Virus record (IMG/VR): IMGVR_UViG_3300020478_001251
Coordinates: 19,278 to 83,277 of that record
Strand: one strand, 5' to 3'
DNA length: 64,000 bases
Source of the DNA: a virus
The translations under genes were made by a program, and so were the position numbers. Positions 55,762-64,000 of this stretch are shown in pieces. The notes below the pieces were generated by a model, which saw only the letters and a list, made by a program, of their open reading frames with translations, had not been told where the DNA came from and ran no database searches. How positions within the stretch are numbered: the first letter of the stretch is position 1; the number at the start of each line of letters is the position of its first letter.

Positions 55762-56772
55762 TTATACATCAAATCGAACAACTATCGATGTTTGTGTTTC
55801 ATTATTTAATTTTAATGGTTTTGATAATTTACCTATTACTAACAACTCATTACTATCATTATATAATCCAATTGTTGTTGTATAAGGTTTAAATTCTGAA
55901 TGTGTTACAAATCCCTCATATTTTTCTGCCTGATTATAAAAGGATTTATAACTACCTGTTCCCTCTCCTGTTGGTTGGTCTGAAATAGGTAAGAAATTTG
56001 ACATTGAAACTGTCCCCTCGGCAAGAGTAATACTACCACTCTTTTCGAATGTAGAACTTATATTAGTTGTTAAATTATATTCATTCGGTTCACACTTTAC
56101 AATATATTCATATTCATAAATTGTTTGTGTAGATTTATATTCTAATGAATAACCAGTTCCTACTCCTACATCAGAATAAGAACCTGTATCTGTAATTACA
56201 ATTGTTCCATGTGAATAAAAAACATTTCCAATTTGTGAACCACTTCCGTTTGCTAATACACCTTGTTTTTGATTAAATGAACTTGATTTAAATGCTGAGA
56301 AACTTGCAGAATGAGCAAAATCATATAAGTTACCATCTCCATCATCTCTAATATCCCAAGTTTGTCCTTTTGATGTATCACTTATTACTACACTACCAGG
56401 TTTTATTTCCTCACCAATTAAATCTCTTGGAACAGAAAATATTCTAGCATTACCATCTAAATCTCTATTACACTTGTTATTATTATTACTACCAAATGTT
56501 CTATATGGTTCATCATTTTCATAATATAAATTTTTAATCAAATACCAATTTGGTATATCATAAAATGTACCATATCTGTATCTACTCGCTGATGGAATAT
56601 AATCCCCAAAAGATTGAGATGCGGCAGAACCTGTATTGAAGTTGAAATAAGAACCACTTTCAGCCTTTAAAACAAAATGTCCACTAGCACTATCATTTTG
56701 TGTTAATAGAAACTTTTTAAAGGCCTTAAAAGGTTTTATTGACTTATCTGATGGGTCAATGTTTTTTAACAT
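55762..56772 (-). CDS. tail/baseplate structural protein (tail-collar-fibre-like C-terminus)
   Basis: GEEIKPGS, DDGDGNL, GNVFYSHG; C-terminal TTIGLYNDSNELLVIGKLSKPL...VVRFD. Confidence 0.65.
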   Translation of the reverse strand: MLKNIDPSDKSIKPFKAFKKFLLTQNDSASGHFVLKAESGSYFNFNTGSAASQSFGDYIPSASRYRYGTFYDIPNWYLIKNLYYENDEPYRTFGSNNNNKCNRDLDGNARIFSVPRDLIGEEIKPGSVVISDTSKGQTWDIRDDGDGNLYDFAHSASFSAFKSSSFNQKQGVLANGSGSQIGNVFYSHGTIVITDTGSYSDVGVGTGYSLEYKSTQTIYEYEYIVKCEPNEYNLTTNISSTFEKSGSITLAEGTVSMSNFLPISDQPTGEGTGSYKSFYNQAEKYEGFVTHSEFKPYTTTIGLYNDSNELLVIGKLSKPLKLNNETQTSIVVRFDV

Positions 56773-56784
56773 TATTAGTTTCCC

Positions 56785-57798
56785 TTAGAAGTCAAGTTTT
56801 ACTTTTATAATAGCTTCTCTTGAATAAGATTTTAATACTGGTTTACTTAGTTTTGCAATTGCTAAAAGTTCATTATCATCGTTATACAACCCAACTTGTG
56901 TTATATAAACTTTAGGGTCTTTGTAGAAAGTTGTTTGTGTAAACGCACCATCTGAACCTGTGAAGAATGTTGGGTTAGCACTGAAGTTATACTTCTTGTT
57001 GTTTACCCTACAAAAATAATTAGTTGAACTAATTTCTTCTTCTCTACGAACTTGAACCTTAGCACCATCTGCTAATTTTTGAAATAACTTTTTACCATTA
57101 TCATCAAATGCATCTGAAGATGAACCCGCAGTTAAACTTGCTATAGAATTCATTTTAAGTGGATTCAATAATATCACTCCTAAATCAGGATAGAATGAAC
57201 CACATGCCCCATTAGTTCCTTCTGAAGCAGCTGCTGTTTTAATAACACCTACACCAGTTTCTAATGAACCACTAACCACATTAAATACTCTTCCACCCTC
57301 ATTGACTGTTGCAGAATTTGTTGCTCCACTATCATCAATGAATTTGAAATTACCAAGTTTTATTTCCCAATTACCTGGGTCAATCTTTTCTCTCATACGA
57401 GCTCGATTGAATACTATAAAATAAAACTGATTAGTTTCTGCAGAAGCACCTGTAAAAGTGAACTTCTCTGTATTAGGTGCTAATAAAACATTTGCAAATT
57501 GTCGATAATTTCCAGCAGTTTCTCTACCACCTGTTGTTAATTTAGTTGTGTTACCAGCACTACCACTTCCAAAATAGTGAGCATATCCAATATCGAATTG
57601 AACCTCAGCTGTTGAAGGTGAAGATGCTGGATTTTGATGATAAACCGAATAATAAGAACCTGTAGCGGTTTGTGTTGAACTCGTATAGAAGGCAGTTAGG
57701 GTCCCTGAGCCACCACTAAAGATACCACTCGATACCTTATTTCGTTGATTTTCTACTACATCATTCTCAAAGTCGAATCTTGTAAATACTGACATCAT
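56785..57798 (-). CDS. tail/baseplate structural protein, paralog of 55762..56772
   Basis: REKIDPGNW, G.FYPDLG, YITQVGLYNDDNELLAIAKLSKPV...VKLDF. Confidence 0.65.
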   Translation of the reverse strand: MMSVFTRFDFENDVVENQRNKVSSGIFSGGSGTLTAFYTSSTQTATGSYYSVYHQNPASSPSTAEVQFDIGYAHYFGSGSAGNTTKLTTGGRETAGNYRQFANVLLAPNTEKFTFTGASAETNQFYFIVFNRARMREKIDPGNWEIKLGNFKFIDDSGATNSATVNEGGRVFNVVSGSLETGVGVIKTAAASEGTNGACGSFYPDLGVILLNPLKMNSIASLTAGSSSDAFDDNGKKLFQKLADGAKVQVRREEEISSTNYFCRVNNKKYNFSANPTFFTGSDGAFTQTTFYKDPKVYITQVGLYNDDNELLAIAKLSKPVLKSYSREAIIKVKLDF

Positions 57799-57805
57799 TC
57801 ACTCC

Positions 57806-58606
57806 TTATAATTTACTTGGGTCTGCCTTAACTGTCACTGCAACATTATATGTAGCACCAGTTGACAACCCAATAATTGTTACATTGGTTGAAGTTTCAG
57901 TAGTTATAGAACGAGATACAACATTTACCGATTTACCTGTAATTGTTATGGAACGCTTTCTTTCTTCTTCATTCAAGAATACTGGAGTTGTTGCTCCTGT
58001 ATTAACTTGTAAATCTGCAATCTCTTGTTCCATATCTAATTCTAACTCTTTAAGAACACCAAGTCCTGCGGCAACTTCTCCACGAGCCATAGATGCTGCT
58101 CCTGCACCACCGAAAGCAAAAGGATTGAATCTTCTACCCTTTTTCTTTTTCTTCTTTCTCTTCTTCTTACTTTGAATTACGACTGGTGTTAAATTAGCAA
58201 TCGTAGCATCGTGTAATACGAAACTATATCCTGCTTCCGCATCACTACCATTTCTTGTATTCGGTGTAATGGTTTGGGTAATCCCTGGACCATTAAACGA
58301 TAATGATGGTGATGGTACTTCCAAGATTGGAAGTTTTGCTGTATTCTTTGGTAGAGATACCAATTTATATCTCATTACTTGATTCTCATCTACAAATGCT
58401 TCTAATAGTGGCATATTCTCAATAACTGCTCCGTAGTAATTAGAACCATTAGGATGAGCGGTATCCCATAAACGATAATCTACTTCATCATCTGCTAAAG
58501 CAAATTTCGTTATTTTGAACTCGTCTTGGCCTCTTGCCAATAATTCTCGACCTTTTTTGGTAAGAACGGCATCGACGGTTACGCTTGTATTATTTAAAAA
58601 TCCCAT
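57806..58606 (-). CDS. phage structural protein (LTxxGR-type tail/baseplate N-terminus) with polybasic insert
   Basis: VDAVLTKKGRELLA...ITKFALADDEVDY; lies within the structural cluster; AGGAG RBS. Confidence 0.6.
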   Translation of the reverse strand: MGFLNNTSVTVDAVLTKKGRELLARGQDEFKITKFALADDEVDYRLWDTAHPNGSNYYGAVIENMPLLEAFVDENQVMRYKLVSLPKNTAKLPILEVPSPSLSFNGPGITQTITPNTRNGSDAEAGYSFVLHDATIANLTPVVIQSKKKRKKKKKKGRRFNPFAFGGAGAASMARGEVAAGLGVLKELELDMEQEIADLQVNTGATTPVFLNEEERKRSITITGKSVNVVSRSITTETSTNVTIIGLSTGATYNVAVTVKADPSKL

Positions 58607-58654
58607 TGTTTTTATCTCCTAACTGATTTCGAACTATAGATAGATATGTTCATA

Positions 58655-58662
58655 TATAAATA
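58655..58662 (-). promoter_or_regulatory. recurrent candidate phage promoter motif (sense ATATTTATA)
   Basis: The same motif occurs in intergenic gaps at + 8734, 21765, 24433, 25610, 41549, 46809, 55739 and 58655. Confidence 0.6.
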
Positions 58663-58679
58663 TCGTTTAATTAAGTTTT

Positions 58680-61600
58680 CTATTCAACTTTTAACTTAGA
58701 ATCACCAGGTTCTTGTGTTACAAGTTTTGTTGGTGTAGTAACGATAACTTCTACTGGTTCTTTTCCATCTATAGTATTCTTTTTTGTTAATAATTGTCCT
58801 TTGTAAAATAATCTAAACAAACTTGATTCATAAGCCATACTCTGAAACTCCGCTGGTTCAAATGATGAACTAAATGGTGTATCAGTATATGCATCTAATG
58901 AACTTGTATAAATCTTATTCTTAATTTCATTGTGTTCTGATAACCTTGATTGACTTATGAATGGTTGTAATGTTTCTGTAAATTCTGTTGTTGTTCCACC
59001 AAATGTTACACTAGCAGTTGCATATAAACTACCATAATCACTTCTTGCATCTATTTGATTAAGTCTAACTAATGATGGTAGTCCAAGTGTTCCAAGTGAA
59101 CTTGATTCCATATTATGTACATTTATTAATCCATCATAATTTGGAACTTCTCCCTCAAGCACAATACTTCTATCTGTAGAACCACTTACAAAATTACTTA
59201 AGCTTAATCCTCTTACAAACTCACCTGCATTTTCAAAATAATTATTGTCAAATTCAGGAGCCTTACCTACTATTTCTTTACTTCTCTCTAATATGTGTGG
59301 TTCTATTAAAACACCAAGTGTAGCATTTGCCCTTGCTGGTATAAATTTTTCTAATTGTTTCCATATACTTCCATCGTAAAAATCTATAATTCTTAAATAA
59401 TCCCAAAAGTTATTTGTTCTTGAATATTTTTTAAAATAATCACGATTAAGTTTATCTAATCCACGATAACTTAATCTATATTGGTCTCTTGGGTCTCCTA
59501 TCTCATTATCCACATTTAAACCAGCAACACTATATGCAATGTCCTCATTTAAAATATCTACAGGAGAAAAATAAATACCAAGTTTATTACTATCTACAGG
59601 AGCTAAATCAAATGCTGAAGCTTCACTTCTTACATTATGTGTTAATGAACTAATTAGTCTTGTAGGTTCAATTCTTATCTTGGTTGCATTTCTACGATTT
59701 GGACCAATATTTGGAATTTTCATTTCTTCAATATCTGTTAAACTTCTATATGCATTTCCAGTAAATAAATTTGTAGTTCCATTATGTTTATAAGTTTCAG
59801 GATATGCTCTGTTAACAATTGATGAAGTAGTTGCGTAAGTTACATTATTATCCAATGGATATCTCAATATCATATTATCATAATAAGAAGATGTTGTATT
59901 ACCATTATAAGTTTTTGGTGCTCTAACATGATTTTCAAATGCACTTTGTGATAATGGTTCACTCCATAATCTGAATTCCATTAATGAACCACTAAATTTA
60001 GTAGATACAAATTTACTTCCACTACCACCAATATATAAATTACCATTCGATTGGAATTTATCATTCCAACTTGTTTGTGCCGCGACCGTTCCATCAACAT
60101 TTAAACTTTCTGATGTTTGGTATAAAATTTTATTTCTTCCAGCATCATATTGTTTAGCACTTAACTCGTATTTAATTTTTTGTGAAGTAGTATCTGCAGT
60201 TAAATCAGTACCACTCTGTGATACTCTTGTTAACATTACACTCCACATATCATCATTATAAAATGGTTGTAAAGATGAACTCACCAAACCAACGGATGAT
60301 GAACCACTAATTGCAAAATCTAAATATCCATATGCATCTGTTTCACCATTATCTCTCAATTGTATTGCCCAATCTCCATCCTTTTGAACAATAACTTGGT
60401 CTTTTGATATTGGACTTCTAAATCTAAACTCAATAGTTTCTGGTTTTATTCCACTTGTTGTATCATCAGCCCATGATGTTTTAACATATTCACTTGATTT
60501 AAAATCTAATGCATATGTAAACTTTCTTTTTATTTCATAACTTACTCTATCATTTAAATCTGGACCACCATATTCACGAACTCTCAACATAGAACTTGGA
60601 ATACCATAACAATTTAATAATCCCTTAACTGCTCTAATGTTACCTTTGTTTCTCAAAAAGAAAGGTAAGTTATTTAAAATTCTTTTCCATATTTCTTCTG
60701 TTACTTCTTCTTGTGGTGATTCATATTTATCTGAACCATCAGGATTTTTACCCAATAAATATTCTGGTAAAATAACTAAATCATTTCCATTATCAACTTG
60801 AAAACCAAATCCTTTTGCCACTTCACGAACAATATCTTTTGAAATACCATCAGATAATTTATTTGAATGGTCATTGATATCTGTAAAGTGTTTTAGATAA
60901 GTCCAAATTTCATCAAATTGTTGTCCTGTCATATCAACGAAATCTAAAAATACATTATTATCTCTATCATTCCCAACATGCTGTGGTATATTATTTACTA
61001 ACCTATTTTGATTCTGAATATCATATGTTTTTGCATAATCTCTCCAAGTATCAAACCAAGTTGTTGAATCTGAATGACTTGTATGATTATTTACATATGG
61101 TGTTGAACTATTATCCTTAGGCCATGTTGCATTATAATATTCACCAACTGAAGATGAAACATAAGAACCAGATTCATAATACAAATATTTTTCATATGGG
61201 TCAAAACTATTTAAAACATTATTCTTTTTATTATCAATTTCTGTTCTCGTTCCCAAAGAACCTGTTACATTATTTAATGCTAAACTTTGTGATGTATATT
61301 TTTCTACTAACTCTAATTTACTTTTAAAGTTTTCAATTCGTTTTACAGCACTACCAAAATGTACAAAATTACCAAACCCATAATCACTTGTTCCAGGTTG
61401 TGGTTCATCATCATTTTGTAGTGCATTCGTTCTTTGAGAATAATCTATATTTAATTTAACATCTAATATACTTGATGATAGTATTTGATTTTCAATATCT
61501 TGTATGACCGTTGAATCAGTTCCTACTAAATCACCATGTTTTTTAAATGGTGTTCCTCTAAATGTAATTGGATTATTAACTGAATTTAAATCTGGTACTC

Positions 61601-63512
61601 TTAAAAATAAAAACTCTTCATCATCCGTTTCAAATGGAACTATGGTAACAACATCTTCATATGGCTCCATTTTTTCTTCTACAAAATAACATAAATCATT
61701 TTCTTCAATATCATCTTCAAGTGTTTCATATAATCTAAAATATCTTGAATCTTTATCCCCTGCATCCATAAGTGGTCCAAGTTCTGTAGGTGATTTTGCA
61801 TCTGCTATATTTGTAACTAAATTATATCCACTCTTAGTAACAAGGTAAGTATTTAATCTGTAGATATCACTTTTTGTAAAATTAACAACCCAACTATCAA
61901 ATATTTTTCTTGAATTATCTTCACCACTATGTCCAGCTTGTGTAGCACCAGCTTCATAACTTAAACTAACTTTAATTCTATCTCTATCAAGAACTTCAAT
62001 AATTCTAGCTTTATAATCAACTGGAACTTGTGTATAAGTTGTCATCACTTCTGGTGTAGCATTAGTATTAAAAGTTCCTGTATCATCTACAAGATTTTCT
62101 TCAAATAAACTTTGTTCTATAATTTCTCGTGTAACTGCAGTAAATGGTTCATCAACAATAGTTTCATCTTCTGAATCATACTGATTAGCCCTATAAGAAT
62201 TCTCTATATCACCACCATCATCGGATTCATCCAATCCTCTTAACATATCAATTCTTCTATTTCTTGATTCAAGAAAACGCTCACTCCAATGTGAAGATGG
62301 TGTTGAACTCCACTTACCAAGAGTTGCACTAACTATATTATTAGCATATATTGTATGATGTTTATCTAATACTAAATTCCAAACATCCAATGGTTTAGAT
62401 ATAAACTCCTTACCAATCTCATTTGCCATATACCACTTACCACGATATTTTATTGGATGGTGGTCTGTAGTTATAAGTTTTTTAAACTGAACTAATTTAT
62501 CACCAAATCCTCTATTATCTTTAACTACCTTTAATACTCTTGCGTAACCCTGTTCTGTTTTAACTTTCATACCAGGTTTCATCATCTTGATTGGTATGGT
62601 ACGATTGTTACTTAATTTTACTTTTGTATCACCAACAAAACAAACACTACCATAAACATCCTCATCTCTAAATCTCTCGTAATCTGCTGTAGGTTGTTCT
62701 AAATTTTCAGTATCTACTCTCGGGTCTGTTGGTTCTCCTGTACTGAGTGTTTCAAAAACTTGTGCTCTTTGTGCAGCACCCATAGCCGCTGGTGGTGTTC
62801 TTGGTTGTAGTTGTTCAGCCTTTGTATATCGATACATACCTTTAATAATAATATCACCACCTACATGAGCATCTATAAATCCTCTATCATTATCTGCTAA
62901 AGTTGCAACTAATATTTGTGGGTCTGTTAAATCAAATCTTATTTTACCACCACCATTACTTCTTTTTGGATTATAAACAATTGGTCGATTTATTTTTTGA
63001 AAATTCTTTTTATATTGAATATTATTTATTGTTTGTGTTCCAACTTTAACTTCTTTTTTATTAGCGGAAATTTCTTTAATAGTATATTTTAATTCTCTTG
63101 GATATAACTCTGTTAAGTTTGTTTTATCTCCACTTGTGTTATTTACAAAATATTGAGTTTTACCACCTACAACTCTTGTTTGTGCTTTTCCAACATGAAC
63201 AAAACCTCTTTCATCTGTTAGTAAAGTTTGTTCTTTACCAGCCACAGTCCTTAAAAATAAATACTTTACTTTATAACTACCCTCATCAAATCCAGCTTGT
63301 CTGACATGTGTTCCAACATCAACATCCATAACACCTTCAGTTTCAAAATTAAATTCGGTAATAGGTAAAACTTCATTACTTAATAAATTATCTTCTAAAT
63401 CATAGATATATAAATGGACATAATCGTTACTATCCAACCCAAAAGAACTATATAGTTTTCTTGGATTTTCTAATTGTATCTTATCCTTTTGTGTTAAACC
63501 TTTTACTTGCAT
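58680..63512 (-). CDS. 1610-aa baseplate/tail protein with internal Vint-like Hint domain and LamG-like domain
   Basis: Baseplate-wedge-like R..NNLPFFLRNKG..RAVK.LLNCYG; LamG-like FSGSLMEFRLW; Hint CFVGDTKV...ITTDHHPI...VWNLVLDKHHTI.AN.IVSATLG at about 62316-62642. Confidence 0.7.
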   Translation of the reverse strand: MQVKGLTQKDKIQLENPRKLYSSFGLDSNDYVHLYIYDLEDNLLSNEVLPITEFNFETEGVMDVDVGTHVRQAGFDEGSYKVKYLFLRTVAGKEQTLLTDERGFVHVGKAQTRVVGGKTQYFVNNTSGDKTNLTELYPRELKYTIKEISANKKEVKVGTQTINNIQYKKNFQKINRPIVYNPKRSNGGGKIRFDLTDPQILVATLADNDRGFIDAHVGGDIIIKGMYRYTKAEQLQPRTPPAAMGAAQRAQVFETLSTGEPTDPRVDTENLEQPTADYERFRDEDVYGSVCFVGDTKVKLSNNRTIPIKMMKPGMKVKTEQGYARVLKVVKDNRGFGDKLVQFKKLITTDHHPIKYRGKWYMANEIGKEFISKPLDVWNLVLDKHHTIYANNIVSATLGKWSSTPSSHWSERFLESRNRRIDMLRGLDESDDGGDIENSYRANQYDSEDETIVDEPFTAVTREIIEQSLFEENLVDDTGTFNTNATPEVMTTYTQVPVDYKARIIEVLDRDRIKVSLSYEAGATQAGHSGEDNSRKIFDSWVVNFTKSDIYRLNTYLVTKSGYNLVTNIADAKSPTELGPLMDAGDKDSRYFRLYETLEDDIEENDLCYFVEEKMEPYEDVVTIVPFETDDEEFLFLRVPDLNSVNNPITFRGTPFKKHGDLVGTDSTVIQDIENQILSSSILDVKLNIDYSQRTNALQNDDEPQPGTSDYGFGNFVHFGSAVKRIENFKSKLELVEKYTSQSLALNNVTGSLGTRTEIDNKKNNVLNSFDPYEKYLYYESGSYVSSSVGEYYNATWPKDNSSTPYVNNHTSHSDSTTWFDTWRDYAKTYDIQNQNRLVNNIPQHVGNDRDNNVFLDFVDMTGQQFDEIWTYLKHFTDINDHSNKLSDGISKDIVREVAKGFGFQVDNGNDLVILPEYLLGKNPDGSDKYESPQEEVTEEIWKRILNNLPFFLRNKGNIRAVKGLLNCYGIPSSMLRVREYGGPDLNDRVSYEIKRKFTYALDFKSSEYVKTSWADDTTSGIKPETIEFRFRSPISKDQVIVQKDGDWAIQLRDNGETDAYGYLDFAISGSSSVGLVSSSLQPFYNDDMWSVMLTRVSQSGTDLTADTTSQKIKYELSAKQYDAGRNKILYQTSESLNVDGTVAAQTSWNDKFQSNGNLYIGGSGSKFVSTKFSGSLMEFRLWSEPLSQSAFENHVRAPKTYNGNTTSSYYDNMILRYPLDNNVTYATTSSIVNRAYPETYKHNGTTNLFTGNAYRSLTDIEEMKIPNIGPNRRNATKIRIEPTRLISSLTHNVRSEASAFDLAPVDSNKLGIYFSPVDILNEDIAYSVAGLNVDNEIGDPRDQYRLSYRGLDKLNRDYFKKYSRTNNFWDYLRIIDFYDGSIWKQLEKFIPARANATLGVLIEPHILERSKEIVGKAPEFDNNYFENAGEFVRGLSLSNFVSGSTDRSIVLEGEVPNYDGLINVHNMESSSLGTLGLPSLVRLNQIDARSDYGSLYATASVTFGGTTTEFTETLQPFISQSRLSEHNEIKNKIYTSSLDAYTDTPFSSSFEPAEFQSMAYESSLFRLFYKGQLLTKKNTIDGKEPVEVIVTTPTKLVTQEPGDSKLKVE

Positions 63513-63513
63513 T

Positions 63514-63978
63514 TTACATTTCCGCTATTTTTGTATTTAATTCTTCTATTGCAATTTCTAACGCCTCATTTAGTTCATCAGTTGCGGCAACCTTGGCATT
63601 TAGTTCAGCTTCTTTTGCTACTAAATCTGTATCATCAGTAGTAGGTTCATCAATAGATGTTGGTAATATTTCTTCGAATTGCATTTTTTTACCATAATGT
63701 TTAACAACATTCAAAACAGTCGCTGATTTTTGATAGATTGGTAATCTTACATATTGATATGGTTCTTCAAGTGAAGTTCCTGGTTTATCTGGACTTTCAT
63801 ATGATATTAAAAATCCATTATCATCTCTAAGTGGATTTGTAGCATTAGCATCAGAACCACTTATCGCCATTCTTTGTAAATTTTCTTGAACTGATTTTAA
63901 TTGTTTTTGTTTATCAGCATCAATTTGATTTTGATAAGAAGTACTTTTTTTACGAGCCTGTTTTATTGTATATGGCAT
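63514..63978 (-). CDS. hypothetical (probable structural) protein with C-terminal coiled coil
   Basis: Intact ORF abutting the 1610-aa gene. Confidence 0.65.
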   Translation of the reverse strand: MPYTIKQARKKSTSYQNQIDADKQKQLKSVQENLQRMAISGSDANATNPLRDDNGFLISYESPDKPGTSLEEPYQYVRLPIYQKSATVLNVVKHYGKKMQFEEILPTSIDEPTTDDTDLVAKEAELNAKVAATDELNEALEIAIEELNTKIAEM

Positions 63979-64000
63979 TAATTCAACTCCCTACCGAAAA

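Noticed and set aside
5717-63697. The many 60-110 aa plus-strand ORFs and short out-of-frame minus ORFs in the track
   Set aside because: They lie antisense to or inside long coherent genes, lack motifs and have shadow-ORF composition (e.g. 29092..29427, 36059..36361, 47954..48286, 57885..58175).
1-64000. Stop-codon reassignment as seen in some large phages
   Set aside because: Genes are full length and tightly packed under the standard code, and TAA, TGA and TAG all terminate genes at sensible junctions.
1-64000. tRNA, rRNA, CRISPR array, integrase/transposase, DGR reverse transcriptase
   Set aside because: No cloverleaf, regularly spaced repeats, recombinase motifs, RT motif or adenine-variable TR/VR pair was seen by eye, and intergenic gaps are short. 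A formal scan was not run.
63979-64000. 3' end of an upstream gene
   Set aside because: Only 22 nt are visible, so frame and identity cannot be determined.

Overview
AT-rich, gene-dense segment of a large tailed dsDNA phage genome (standard genetic code). Almost all genes lie on the minus strand, so it is read here from right to left. (1) 55.7-64 kb: tail/baseplate-type structural genes, one with an internal Vint-like Hint domain. (2) 48.9-55.6 kb: an operon of exported proteins, comprising a cohesin/dockerin-like protein with a type IX secretion (T9SS)-type C-terminal sorting domain, a PorV-like beta-barrel, two CsgG-like proteins, another probable beta-barrel and small membrane proteins. 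(3) 47.9-49 kb: spanin-like and holin-like genes. (4) 41.7-47.9 kb: PAP2 phosphatase, HExxH protein, resolvase, cytidylyltransferase, primase and a fused Mre11-Rad50 (SbcD-SbcC). (5) 23.4-41.5 kb: a 3544-aa fibre with an S74 autocleaving chaperone and two Ser/Thr-rich proteins ending in BIL-like Hint domains, with a glycosyltransferase between them. (6) 0-23.4 kb: a glycan synthesis/modification island with NDP-sugar enzymes, a split TPP enzyme, GT7-LamG fusions, seven SGNH-like and four GT10-like paralogs, 2OG oxygenases, a radical SAM enzyme and a methyltransferase. A recurrent intergenic motif (sense ATATTTATA) is a candidate phage promoter. The best candidates for undescribed biology are the phage-borne PorV/T9SS-cargo/CsgG envelope module and the Hint-domain autoprocessing of virion proteins next to the glycosylation island. 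All family calls come from reading motifs by eye; no searches were run.
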